Notes: generated by a model from the letters alone, not told the origin. 40,446 bases of DNA from an uncultured Sphingomonadales bacterium (GCA_937884085.1 CAKZYD010000399.1:1-40446), one strand, 5' to 3'; numbered from the stretch's first letter, positions 28,537 to 37,987 are shown. Numbers and translations are program-made.

Positions 28537-29242
28537 GAACGTCCGCCTGGGCTTGGAAAATGGCATCGCAGCCAATGCGCGCCAGGCGCAGGAGCCGCAA
28601 GAGCTGCTCTTCGGTAAAAGGCGCGCCTTCCGCCGTGCCTTGGATTTCGGCGATGCCTTGGTCCTTTAGGAGGACGAAATTGGCATCCGTTTCGGCATTG
28701 GAATCTTCCGCATAATCCAAGTCCAAAACGGGCGTGCCTTGATAGATGCCGCAGCTAATGGCGGCGACGGGGGTCTTTAGTGGGCTCTGCACAATATGGC
28801 CGCTGGCCATGAGCTTTTTTACCGCCAATGCAAGGGCCACATAGCCGCCTGAAATGGCCGCTGTGCGCGTGCCGCCATCGGCTTGGATCACGTCGCAATC
28901 GATGCGTACCTGGCGCTCGCCCAGCAGCTTCATGTCTACACAGGCCCGCAAAGAGCGGCCAATGAGGCGCTGGATTTCCTGCGTGCGGCCCGATTGTCCT
29001 CCGCGCGCGGCTTCCCGGTTCATGCGGTCATGGGTGGAGCGGGGCAGCATGCCATATTCGCCGGTTACCCAACCTTCGCCCTTATCGCGCATCCAGGGCG
29101 GCAACCTTTCTTCCACCGAGGCGGTGCATAGCACATGGGTATCGCCAAATTTGATCAGGCAGGAGCCTTCGGCATGTTTGGTGAAGTGCGGAATGATGTC
29201 AATATCGCGCATTTGGTCAGGCGCGCGGCCGGATGGGCGCAT
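28529..29242 (-). CDS. rph: Ribonuclease PH
   Basis: [53 protein letters not shown]. Confidence 0.98.
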   Translation of the reverse strand: MRPSGRAPDQMRDIDIIPHFTKHAEGSCLIKFGDTHVLCTASVEERLPPWMRDKGEGWVTGEYGMLPRSTHDRMNREAARGGQSGRTQEIQRLIGRSLRACVDMKLLGERQVRIDCDVIQADGGTRTAAISGGYVALALAVKKLMASGHIVQSPLKTPVAAISCGIYQGTPVLDLDYAEDSNAETDANFVLLKDQGIAEIQGTAEGAPFTEEQLLRLLRLARIGCDAIFQAQADVLA

Positions 29243-29273
29243 GGGGCAATCTCTCTACTTGGTTGTTGGTGTG

Positions 29274-30797
29274 CTATACCTGCTGGGCTTTTGGCCGGTC
29301 CACTGAAAAGCGCTTGCGGCGTTTCAGATAGGTGTTGAGGCCAATGCCCGCCATGAGCCCGACGCTGGCTAAGACAATGGCAGCGATCACGATGTTTTGG
29401 CCATTACGGCCCAGGGGGCGCAGGAAATTCCATTTGTGGATGAGACTGAAAGACCAGCGCTCCGGCTGCTGGCTGTTTGGCAGCTTATCGACAAGAGCGC
29501 CGGTGTCGGTATCGACCCATAAGGTGGCATTGACGGGCTCGCCATAGCTTAGCTGCCAAACGGGTAGGCGCTTGTTTCTAAAGTCGTAGAGCGGGCCAAA
29601 GCGCGTCACCAGGCTGGCCTCAGGCTCAGCATCGCTGCCGGTGAACCGGGCGCCTAGATGGGCCGCCATGGCAGCGTCACCGCCGTCCCAAGGCTGACCG
29701 GTTTCTGCGTCCACATAGACGGCAGGTCCTGTCATTGGCCGGCCTTCAAATCGGGTATCGCGCAAGGCTTCCGGCGTTAGGGGCGCTGCGCCGCGGGGCG
29801 CGGCGAGGCCGAGCCGGTAAAGAAGGGAGCCTGTTGGGCTAGTGACGAGCGATAAGGCGCTGACGGGAAGGCCCTTCGTCATCGCAGTCCATTCCTGTGC
29901 CAGCGGAAAGCGCATTTCGGCCACGTCCAAGCTGCTTTGCAGGGACAGCACCCGTTCGGGCGGTGTCGCGGCGGATGTAATCAAATGATAGAGCCCGCTG
30001 GAGGTGAACATCATAATCGGCAGGGCAAGCGCATAGCCCGCCATCTGGTGCCAGCGCATGCTGCCGCGAATGGGCGTTTTGCGCCTGATGGTGATGAGCA
30101 TTAAAGCGCCCGTAATAGCCAGGCCTAAAAGGCTGCCAACAAACAGCGCTATCAAAAGCACCCGGCCCCATTCCACATCGCGCGGCAGCCAGTCCCAGGT
30201 ATGAAACCAGCGAAAGCCGGTTTGCACCGCTCGCTTGAAATCATTGGTCATCCCGGCGGATGCATTGGTCTCCGTGTAGACGTACATGGAGCGGTTATCG
30301 GCCGTCTCGAAATCCACGCGGTAGACCGGCAGCAAGCGATTGACCCAGGGGTAGTTGGGTGTGAAATCGGTTAGGAATGTGGTGGCCTTAACGGGGGCAT
30401 CAAGGCCGCTATAGTGGCGCGCGAGGAACACCGCTTGGGCTTCATCCCCGCCCTCAATCTCCGCGCCGGTTTCAAGCGAGAAGTAGCGCCGCGCCGCCAT
30501 TTGGCTGGGCGTGACTTGCAGGACACTGCCCTGCGGCCCCGCCACCACTTTAATGGCTGCGGCCTTATCTATACCTGCATCGGCCAAAGTCTTTTGGAGC
30601 GGCTTCGCAATCTCAAGACTAAGCGGCGCCATGGGCGGCATCATCACCACTTGTTGCGGCCCCCAGGTGACCATCACAATGTGGAGGAGGCCAGACAAGC
30701 CAAAGATGAAGAGCCCAGTCCCGCCAAGCAGAGCCAGGAGCTGGTGCTTAGAAATCGCCCAGCGTTTGGTGCGCAGTTTTCTTGAAAGCGTTGCCAT
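29274..30797 (-). CDS. PepSY-associated TM-helix membrane protein
   Basis: Internally duplicated (YPWVNRLLPVYRV / YDFRNKRLPVWQL); TM segments with His (SGLLH, WFHTWDW, WHQ, SGLYH, IHKWNF); follows a TonB receptor. Confidence 0.8.
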   Translation of the reverse strand: MATLSRKLRTKRWAISKHQLLALLGGTGLFIFGLSGLLHIVMVTWGPQQVVMMPPMAPLSLEIAKPLQKTLADAGIDKAAAIKVVAGPQGSVLQVTPSQMAARRYFSLETGAEIEGGDEAQAVFLARHYSGLDAPVKATTFLTDFTPNYPWVNRLLPVYRVDFETADNRSMYVYTETNASAGMTNDFKRAVQTGFRWFHTWDWLPRDVEWGRVLLIALFVGSLLGLAITGALMLITIRRKTPIRGSMRWHQMAGYALALPIMMFTSSGLYHLITSAATPPERVLSLQSSLDVAEMRFPLAQEWTAMTKGLPVSALSLVTSPTGSLLYRLGLAAPRGAAPLTPEALRDTRFEGRPMTGPAVYVDAETGQPWDGGDAAMAAHLGARFTGSDAEPEASLVTRFGPLYDFRNKRLPVWQLSYGEPVNATLWVDTDTGALVDKLPNSQQPERWSFSLIHKWNFLRPLGRNGQNIVIAAIVLASVGLMAGIGLNTYLKRRKRFSVDRPKAQQV

Positions 30798-30810
30798 GTC
30801 TTAGCTCCAG

Positions 30811-32940
30811 TTAGAACGAAATGGTCACGCCGCCAAACAGGGCGCGGCCTTGGCCGGGGGTGAAGAGCCGGTCGGTGATCTGTGCAGCGTCTGTCACGCC
30901 CGTATTTGCGACGAAGGTTTTGTCAGCGAGGTTCTCCCCACTGAGATACAGCTGAACCGCTTCATCAATGCGGTAGCCCAGGTTAAAGCCCCACAAGGCA
31001 TAGCCATCAGGCGCCACTTGGTTTGCCGAGTCGACGAACGGTCCATCGGGGATCCAGCGCACGTTCACGCCAGCAAACCACCCTTTTTCAGACGCGAGAC
31101 GCAGCTCAGAGGTATAGGCATGACGTGGCACGCCGGGCAGGCGGTTGTTACCGAAGTCTGGATCGTTGTCGAAATTGAAGGCGTTGAGCGTGTAGACGTG
31201 CCGCCAAACCAAAGCCATGTCATCTTTCTGATAAAGCTCGAAGTCGGCGCCAAGCTCAATGCCCTGGTGGATCGTGTCGCCCGCGTTGGATGTAGCGGTC
31301 ACAAAGGTGTTTTCGCCAACCTCGACGGCAAAGTCTAAAAACTCATTTTCGACCCAGCTGCGATAGTAGGTGACGTCCCAGGATACCCAGTCCAGCTGGC
31401 CGCGCGTTCCGATTTCTGCGGTCCAGCTGGTTTGCGCTTCCAGCTCCGTAAAGGGGAACGCCCCGCCTGCAGTGAGGTCGACAAGCGCCGGTGGCTCAAA
31501 CCCGCGCGAGACGTTCGCATAGACTTGGTAGTCCTCTTCAAGGGTCCAAACAAAGCCAAGCCGAGGGCTGATTTGATCAAAGGTTAGCCGGCCATTGGTG
31601 GCTGGATCGTCAAGGATGACGTCATTGTCGCGCGATGCCCAATTGTATTGGACCGTTGCCACCACCGTGAAGTCCTCGAAGACGTCTTTGCTGAGGTTGA
31701 GGTAGGCTAGAATGTTGGCAGAATCCTGATCATTGTCGGTGGAGAGGTCGCCGCGCTCCCCAAAGTCATTCTCCCAATTGCGGGCGGCATTGCTGCCCAC
31801 ATTGGCCTGGAAGCCAAAGCTCCAGCCAAAGCCAAGCTCGGAGTCGTCTTCATCGGCGCCAGCGCGGCCAAACAGGCCGTATTCCCACTCCTCCTGGTCA
31901 ATGATCCCGGCGAAGCGGGTGATGGCGTGGTCGAGCTTGCGATAGCTAACCCAGGCGCCGCCTTCGAGCGTCATGGTATCTAGCGCCAGGGCGGTTTTGT
32001 TGGAGACGCGAATAACGTCTAGGTTTCGATCCCAATCATCTTGTTCTGGGCTGCCTGCTAGCAGAATGGTTGGCCCGCCGGGGAAGAAGGGGCCGATTTC
32101 AACAGCGGGCTGCGTCTGCGTTGGATCTTCTGCAATCTCATCCAGCGTTAGGGACCCAGCCAGTTCAAAATTATCACTCAGCGCGGTGATGTAAAAACGG
32201 GTCTCGAGCCGTTCGGAAAGCTGAATGCCGACATTGGTGAAGCCGTAGACGCTGTTCACATCGGAATGGTCGCGAAAGCCTTCGCTGAAGAGGCCCGTCA
32301 CTCCTGCGTAAAAGTCGACGGTTTCGCCGGCGTGAGCGACGCGGGCGTTGGCGCGCAGGGTTTCAAAGCTGCCGCCCTCGAAGCGGAAGAAATACGGGTC
32401 TTTGACCGTGCGGCCGGTGGGCGTGATGACATTGATGGCGCCGCCTAAACTGGCCGCGCCCACTTGCATGCCGTTCGCGCCTTTTAGGACTTCCAGATAC
32501 TGGATCGATAGGGGGTCGATCTCTTGGAACTCCGTGGACCCGCTGGCCCGCGTGATCGGCACGCCATCGCGCAAAACGGTGATGCCGCGGCGCTCGAAGG
32601 CGGAATTGAGGCCTGAACCGCGGATAGAAATGCGGTTCTCGCGCTGTGCAGATGTGTCGGCGAAGACGCCAGGCGTGAAGACCAGCGTATCGCCCAGCGA
32701 CTGGGCAAAGCCGTCCAGAAACTCGCTGGCTTCGACAAAGCCGATCGCGCCTGGAATTTTGATGAGCCGCTCGCGGCGTTCCTGCGCCGAGGGGGCGGTC
32801 AGCGTTCCAGAGTTAATCGCTTGAACCTTAATCTCTTCAAGGTCGAGCAGGCGCTGGCCAATGCCTTGCGCTATGGCGGTGGTTGAAAGCAAGCTAAGAC
32901 GGGGGGCAGCGATCCATGCGCTGCGCTGCATTTGGGTCAT
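30811..32940 (-). CDS. TonB-dependent outer-membrane receptor
   Basis: Plug RISIRGSGL...LRDGVPI...EVLKGANG...LGGAINVIT; C-terminal ENLADKTF...PGQGRALFGGVTISF; start ATG 32940. Confidence 0.93.
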   Translation of the reverse strand: MTQMQRSAWIAAPRLSLLSTTAIAQGIGQRLLDLEEIKVQAINSGTLTAPSAQERRERLIKIPGAIGFVEASEFLDGFAQSLGDTLVFTPGVFADTSAQRENRISIRGSGLNSAFERRGITVLRDGVPITRASGSTEFQEIDPLSIQYLEVLKGANGMQVGAASLGGAINVITPTGRTVKDPYFFRFEGGSFETLRANARVAHAGETVDFYAGVTGLFSEGFRDHSDVNSVYGFTNVGIQLSERLETRFYITALSDNFELAGSLTLDEIAEDPTQTQPAVEIGPFFPGGPTILLAGSPEQDDWDRNLDVIRVSNKTALALDTMTLEGGAWVSYRKLDHAITRFAGIIDQEEWEYGLFGRAGADEDDSELGFGWSFGFQANVGSNAARNWENDFGERGDLSTDNDQDSANILAYLNLSKDVFEDFTVVATVQYNWASRDNDVILDDPATNGRLTFDQISPRLGFVWTLEEDYQVYANVSRGFEPPALVDLTAGGAFPFTELEAQTSWTAEIGTRGQLDWVSWDVTYYRSWVENEFLDFAVEVGENTFVTATSNAGDTIHQGIELGADFELYQKDDMALVWRHVYTLNAFNFDNDPDFGNNRLPGVPRHAYTSELRLASEKGWFAGVNVRWIPDGPFVDSANQVAPDGYALWGFNLGYRIDEAVQLYLSGENLADKTFVANTGVTDAAQITDRLFTPGQGRALFGGVTISF

Positions 32941-32990
32941 GAGTAATGACTTTCCGAAGGAACATGGGGGATGTTTGGGGTGGCCGCGCT

Positions 32991-34076
32991 TTAAAACGCT
33001 TTTTGCCAACCCACCGTCAGCGTCCAATCGGTTTCCAGCTGCGGTCCATTGAGGTTGCGATAGAGCGGCAGGCCGAACTCAAAGCCCAGCCGGTGGCCTT
33101 TAATGACGCCCTCTTGGCCGGCTAGATTGACCCCAAGCAGCGCGGTGACCGTCTCACCGCCTTGGTTTTCCGGATCAGCGGTTTGTACCGGCGCAGCGAT
33201 GAGTGGATCTTGGCCGCTAATTTTGCCTTGGTGGCGCGCTTCGACACGGCCGGATGCAGAGATCCAGGGCGCGAATTCATAAGAGAGCCAGGCAGTTGCC
33301 GCGCCGACATGGCCAAGCCTGTAGTCCTCATCATTTTCATTGATGCGCACAATGCCGCTCAGCTGGCCGCCCAAGCTCCAATCGCCGATACGGTTGCGTG
33401 AGGTCACGTTGGGGCGAAATTCAAAGCTTCCGGAGCCAAGCTGCATGGGATAAGGCAGGCGCGGTGTTGGCGTCGTATTCATGGGCGTCAGGATTTGGTC
33501 GGTATTGGTGATCGATCCAGTTGGAATGCCGAACAGTAGGGCGACATTCATTTGATCATGCTTGCTTGTGCCATCATCAAGACCGATGATGGCGCCAAGC
33601 ACGCTATCGCCAAAGCCGCTCGATTCGGTTGTAAACGTGCCAAGCCGGTTTGTGCCCATACCGCCTTGGAAGGTGATATGGTCCATTTCCAGGCTGATGA
33701 TATTGGTCATGGCCATGAGCGTGATGCGATCAGAAAGGCCATACATACCGCCAATCATATGCATGTTCATGGTCATTTGTGTTGGCACAACCCGCAGGGT
33801 GGGCGGCATACCGAAGGGGTTGGCGACTGTCGTGACAATCTCTTCGGGTGATAAAGATGTGGTGCCGTCTCGGCTTCCCTCCATGTCCATCGTCATGAAG
33901 CGGTAAGACAGCATCCATTCGCCTTTCTCATGGCGGTGGTCGGCCATAACGCCAATGGGCGCGTGGTCTGAAGCGTAGGTAACGTTTCCGCCATCGTCGT
34001 CATGCGCAAAGCTGGAAGTTGAAAAACAAGTAAGAGCGACGCCGCATTGAAAGGCGCCTGCAAGGAAGCGAAACAT
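32991..34076 (-). CDS. Met/His-rich outer-membrane barrel 'transporter' (MetA-pathway-like), candidate copper channel
   Basis: Signal peptide; DHAPIGVMADHRHEKGEWMLSYRFMTMDM, MTMNMHMIGGMYG, SGFGD, YPMQLGSGS; terminal GWQKAF. Confidence 0.75.
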   Translation of the reverse strand: MFRFLAGAFQCGVALTCFSTSSFAHDDDGGNVTYASDHAPIGVMADHRHEKGEWMLSYRFMTMDMEGSRDGTTSLSPEEIVTTVANPFGMPPTLRVVPTQMTMNMHMIGGMYGLSDRITLMAMTNIISLEMDHITFQGGMGTNRLGTFTTESSGFGDSVLGAIIGLDDGTSKHDQMNVALLFGIPTGSITNTDQILTPMNTTPTPRLPYPMQLGSGSFEFRPNVTSRNRIGDWSLGGQLSGIVRINENDEDYRLGHVGAATAWLSYEFAPWISASGRVEARHQGKISGQDPLIAAPVQTADPENQGGETVTALLGVNLAGQEGVIKGHRLGFEFGLPLYRNLNGPQLETDWTLTVGWQKAF

Positions 34077-34136
34077 AGTTTTGAAGTCCTAAAAGCGAAA
34101 AATTTGGGCGCAGCGCGGATGACTGCTGTCGTTTGC

Positions 34137-34493
34137 TTAAAGGATGGCGGGTGGCCCGTGCGGTGGTGCGCCGAGCCAAAGCTGTCTCCCAACGGAGACT
34201 TGCGCAGGTGTGATGGATCGCTGAACAAGGTCCATGATGCCGCGATATGCCGCGCTCGTGAGTGGCCGCACGGACGCATAGTCTGATGTGTTGCAATCGC
34301 CGCAGCAGGTGTTTTGCGAACTATCTTCGGGGACGGGGTCGCCAATGGCGATCTCCACAACCCCTTGTCCGTGAAGGCCGCAGAGCTGAACGGTTTCCGT
34401 ATCGGAAGAGCTTTGCGTCACATGCGCTTGCGCTCCGTTGCCAAGCAGGCAAAGAGCGGCGAACAGCAGCCAGAGTTTTTGTTTCAAGCGCAT
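34137..34493 (-). CDS. DUF2946/CruR-like leader ORF with CxxC and a C-terminal HGPP motif
   Basis: 118 aa; N-terminal hydrophobic segment, LCGLHG, CCGDC (34293-34307), PPHGPP three residues before the stop; first gene of the transporter-TBDT-PepSY block. Confidence 0.75.
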   Translation of the reverse strand: MRLKQKLWLLFAALCLLGNGAQAHVTQSSSDTETVQLCGLHGQGVVEIAIGDPVPEDSSQNTCCGDCNTSDYASVRPLTSAAYRGIMDLVQRSITPAQVSVGRQLWLGAPPHGPPAIL

Positions 34494-34500
34494 ATGTCAC

Positions 34501-34529
34501 CCGCTAACCAACGAATGTGGCGCCGTCAA
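34501..34529 (-). promoter_or_regulatory. Sigma-70-type promoter for the DUF2946 ORF (predicts a leaderless mRNA)
   Basis: TTGACG-N17-TAGCGG-N7-ATG; no Shine-Dalgarno sequence. Confidence 0.55.
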
Positions 34530-34543
34530 GTCGAAGCGCATAA

Positions 34544-34571
34544 TTGCACTGGCCCGCCGCGCGCTTTACAT
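34544..34571 (+). promoter_or_regulatory. Putative RpoH-like promoter of hrcA (near-leaderless)
   Basis: TTG(CAC)-...-CTTTACAT with 17 nt between TTG and CTTTACAT, ending 7 nt before ATG 34579. Confidence 0.45.
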
Positions 34572-34578
34572 AAGCGGG

Positions 34579-35637
34579 ATGACCACGCAGCACGATAGCC
34601 TTGCCGACTTATCTGACCGCAGCCGGGAGATTTTCCGTCTGATTGTAGACTCTTATTTGGAGACAGGCGAACCGGTCGGCTCACGCACCATTAGTCGCCA
34701 TGGCGGCCTATCGCTGTCAGCCGCCACGATCCGCAATGTGATGAGTGACCTTGAAGAGCTTGGCCTCTTAGAGGCACCGCATACATCTGCCGGTCGCCAG
34801 CCGACGGAGCGCGGCTTGCGCTTGTTTGTAGACGGTATGATGCAAATCGGTGACCTCAGCCAAGAAGAGCGGCAGGACCTGGAAGCGCGCATGCGTGTTG
34901 AGGGCCGTGAGCTTGGCAGTGTCTTAGAAACCGTATCGAACACGTTGGCTGGATTGAGCCAGGGCGCGGGCCTGGTGCTGGTTCCTAAACTGGAAAAGCA
35001 AATCAAACATCTTGAGTTTGTTCCGCTCGGTCCGGGCCGCGCGCTTGCTGTGCTAGTGGATACCGAGTCCAGCGTTGAAAACCGGGTCATCGAATTGCCT
35101 TTGGGCTTGCCGAGTTCTGCGCTCGAATCTGCGTCCAATTATCTAAATGCACGCTTGGCTGGGCGCTCTCTTGAAGAGGCGCGCGTGGATATCGAGACTG
35201 AGATCAAGACCCGCCGGGCGGAGTTGGATGACCTCACAAAAACCGTTGTCGAGCAGGGGATTGCCCAATGGTCTGGCGCCGAAGCGGGCAGTCCGGATCA
35301 GCTCATCGTGCGTGGTCGCAGCCAGCTGTTGAAGGACGTCAAAGCGATTGAGGACCTTGAGCGCATACGCCACTTGTTTGATGATTTGGAAGCCAAAGAG
35401 AACCTCATCAAAATCCTGGAACTGGCAAAACAAGGCGAGGGCGTGCGCGTCTTTATTGGCTCTGAAAACAATTTGTTTTCGTTATCGGGTTCATCTGTGA
35501 TCGCGCGCCCTTATATGAACGCCCAGGAGCAGGTGGTTGGCGTTATTGGCGTCATCGGCCCGACCCGTATGAATTATGCCCGCATCCTGCCAATGGTGGA
35601 CTTCACGGCCCAATTGCTGAGCCGGACGCTTGGCTGA
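34579..35637 (+). CDS. hrcA: Heat-inducible transcription repressor HrcA
   Basis: YLETGEPVGSRTI, LSAATIRNVMSDLEELG, PHTSAGRQPT, IGVIGPTRMNY; start ATG 34579. Confidence 0.98.
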   Translation: MTTQHDSLADLSDRSREIFRLIVDSYLETGEPVGSRTISRHGGLSLSAATIRNVMSDLEELGLLEAPHTSAGRQPTERGLRLFVDGMMQIGDLSQEERQDLEARMRVEGRELGSVLETVSNTLAGLSQGAGLVLVPKLEKQIKHLEFVPLGPGRALAVLVDTESSVENRVIELPLGLPSSALESASNYLNARLAGRSLEEARVDIETEIKTRRAELDDLTKTVVEQGIAQWSGAEAGSPDQLIVRGRSQLLKDVKAIEDLERIRHLFDDLEAKENLIKILELAKQGEGVRVFIGSENNLFSLSGSSVIARPYMNAQEQVVGVIGVIGPTRMNYARILPMVDFTAQLLSRTLG

Positions 35638-35663
35638 GATGACCAGTAAGAGAAGGACAAACA

Positions 35664-36296
35664 GTGACGGACAATAAGCCAGACGCTGCCCCAGAAGATG
35701 AGCCAGACGCAACGGCTGCCGAGACAGAGACGGATAGCGAGGCTGCTGAAGACATCAGCGAAGAGGGCGCGCTTTCAAACCGGCTTTTGAATATGGAAGC
35801 CGAGCTTACCGACACCAAAGATCGCTTGATGCGGGCGGTGGCCGAAACCGAAAACGTTCGCCGCCGCGCGGAGCGAGAAAAGCAGGATGCGAGCCAATAC
35901 GCTGTCACGAAATTTGCCCGCGATATTCTGAGTGTGGCAGACAATATGCGCCGCGCTCTGGAAGCCATTCCCGAAGAAAGCCGCGCGGACGATAGTCCAT
36001 TGAAAGGCCTTGTCGGCGGCCTTGACATGACTGAGCGTGAGCTGCTCACGGTCTTTGAACGTCATGGCATCCAGAAGCTTGATCCCACGGGCGAGAAGTT
36101 TGACCATAATTTCCACCAGGCTATGAGCGAAGTTGAAACCGACAGCACGGCGCCTGGGCATGTCGTCCAGGTGTATCAATCCGGTTATGTGCTCAATGAC
36201 CGGCTGCTTAGACCCGCCATGGTGGTGGTCGCAAAAGCAAAGCAGGCTGCAGAGCCGCCAGCGGACGCGGCGGCCGGCGTTGATAAAACGGTGTAG
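35664..36296 (+). CDS. grpE: Nucleotide exchange factor GrpE
   Basis: RAVAETENVRRR, FARDILSVADN, FDHNFHQAM, GYVLNDRLLRPAMVVV; RBS AAGGA, GTG start. Confidence 0.98.
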   Translation: MTDNKPDAAPEDEPDATAAETETDSEAAEDISEEGALSNRLLNMEAELTDTKDRLMRAVAETENVRRRAEREKQDASQYAVTKFARDILSVADNMRRALEAIPEESRADDSPLKGLVGGLDMTERELLTVFERHGIQKLDPTGEKFDHNFHQAMSEVETDSTAPGHVVQVYQSGYVLNDRLLRPAMVVVAKAKQAAEPPADAAAGVDKTV

Positions 36297-36300
36297 CGCC

Positions 36301-36618
36301 ATGGGTATTGCCATCATCGCCACGGCGAAATTTGCGCCAGAACATATTGAAGCTGTTAAAGAGGCGGCCATCATAATGGTTGAAGAAACGCGTAAAGAAA
36401 CGGGCTGCATGCTCTATGCCTTTGCGCAAGACGTGTCCGATCCAACAATCATCCGTATTGTTGAGCAGTGGGAAGATGTGTCGCATCTGGCAGCGCATAT
36501 GACGGTGCCGCATATGGCTGCTTTTCAGGCTGCACTGGCGAAAACGCCGCCGCTCTCCTTGGAAGCGACGCGCTATGATCTGGCAACATTTGGTCCTCTG
36601 GATGTGAACGCGCTTTAG
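36301..36618 (+). CDS. ABM-domain putative quinol monooxygenase (YgiN-like)
   Basis: ETRKETGCMLYAF, IVEQWED...LAAHMTVPHM; start ATG 36301. Confidence 0.85.
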   Translation: MGIAIIATAKFAPEHIEAVKEAAIIMVEETRKETGCMLYAFAQDVSDPTIIRIVEQWEDVSHLAAHMTVPHMAAFQAALAKTPPLSLEATRYDLATFGPLDVNAL

Positions 36619-36699
36619 CCACCTGTTGACCAGTCGCGCCAGGGCGCTGGAAATTCATGTCATCTGGATCATTTCCCGCTCTCGTACTGAAGAGAAGTT

Positions 36700-37953
36700 A
36701 TGTCCAGCGCCAACCAATCTATTGATGTCGCCCCCACGTCGGAAAAAGCGCCTTACACGGCGCTGTTTCTTGTCGTCTTTATTTCTTTGGTCGGCTTTGG
36801 GATTGTCATCCCGGTTTTTCCCTTTTTTGGCCAAATGGTTGGGGCGAGCGCGGAAGAGATCACGCTGGCCATGGCCGCTTATTCAGCCGGGCAATTCATC
36901 GGTGCGCCGATTTGGGGTCGCATGTCCGATCGCTATGGAAGGCGCCCAATCCTCATATGGTCCCTCGTCGCCTCCATCTTTGCTTATATCCTCATGGCGC
37001 ATGCCACGAATATTTGGTGGCTTGGCTTATCCCGGCTGCTTGGCGGGTTGCTTGCTGGAAACTTAGCTGCCGCCTTTGCCTATGTGGGGGACGTGACGAC
37101 CGATGAAACCCGGCCCAAGGCGATGGGCCTACTTGGCGCTGCCTTTGGCTCCGGCTTTATCTTTGGTCCGGCAATTGGCGGGTTTATTGCCGGCGCTGAG
37201 CCGGATCCCAACGACTTTCTCTATATCGGCTATGTATCGGCGCTCTTCACCTTCATTGCCGCGGTGCTCACCCATCTAACGGTCCCGGAAAGCATGTCTC
37301 CGGAGCGCCGCATGGCTGCCGCTGCGAGCCGTTCTGGCTCTGCATTCCAAACGCTTAGCCTGATGAAGGCAAAACCTGTCGTCTTCTGGCTATGCGTCAT
37401 CATGCTACTGGCGGTTGGGTCTGGCGCCCTCATGGAGGCCACCTTTGCGTTTCTCGCTGGAGATCTGTTTGCTTGGGGGCCGTTAGAAGTCGGCTTGAGC
37501 TTTGCCATGATCGGGACGATTGCTGCCATTGTTCAGGCGTTTGCAGCCGGCCCCCTCGCTGCCCGCTTTGGGGAAGCAACGGTTATGACCTACTCATTGA
37601 TCGTCCATGCCGGCGGGTTGATCGTGATGGGCCTGGCGCAAAGCTCCATGCATCTGATCTTTGGGCTCATCGCCATGTCGTTTGGCGTTGGCGCATTTAG
37701 CCCGGCCTATCAAAGCTATACAGCAGCCCAGTCCAACGACACGGACCGCGGCCTGGTGATGGGCCTGACCCAAAGCGCAGGATCGCTTGGCCGGGTCTTT
37801 GGTCCAGCAATCTCCGGCTTTCTCTACGTTGGAATCAGTAAACCAGCGCCATTTCTGATCGGTGGTTCGATGCTTTTGCTGACATTCGTCGTGTGTCTTT
37901 TTGTGGTTCGTAGATCTCAGAAGCGCCAGCCGGCAACGCCCGTCTCACACTGA
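36700..37953 (+). CDS. MFS drug:H+ antiporter (TetA/DHA1-like)
   Basis: Motif A GRMSDRYGRRP; GAAFGSGFIFGPAIGG; GRVFGP; ~12 TM segments. Confidence 0.9.
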   Translation: MSSANQSIDVAPTSEKAPYTALFLVVFISLVGFGIVIPVFPFFGQMVGASAEEITLAMAAYSAGQFIGAPIWGRMSDRYGRRPILIWSLVASIFAYILMAHATNIWWLGLSRLLGGLLAGNLAAAFAYVGDVTTDETRPKAMGLLGAAFGSGFIFGPAIGGFIAGAEPDPNDFLYIGYVSALFTFIAAVLTHLTVPESMSPERRMAAAASRSGSAFQTLSLMKAKPVVFWLCVIMLLAVGSGALMEATFAFLAGDLFAWGPLEVGLSFAMIGTIAAIVQAFAAGPLAARFGEATVMTYSLIVHAGGLIVMGLAQSSMHLIFGLIAMSFGVGAFSPAYQSYTAAQSNDTDRGLVMGLTQSAGSLGRVFGPAISGFLYVGISKPAPFLIGGSMLLLTFVVCLFVVRRSQKRQPATPVSH

Positions 37954-37970
37954 GCCATCTCATAGTCTGG

Positions 37971-37987
37971 TGGCGAAATTCTTTACA
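37971..37987 (+). promoter_or_regulatory. Candidate enhancer (PEP-CTERM box) for a sigma-54 activator
   Basis: TGGCGAAATTCTTTACA, near TGT-N11-ACA with a TTTACA half-site, ~75 bp upstream of the -24/-12 site. Confidence 0.55.

Noticed and set aside
29274-34493. The metal-uptake block as a mobile element
   Set aside because: No integrase, transposase, tRNA target or flanking direct repeats seen; composition looks similar to the backbone
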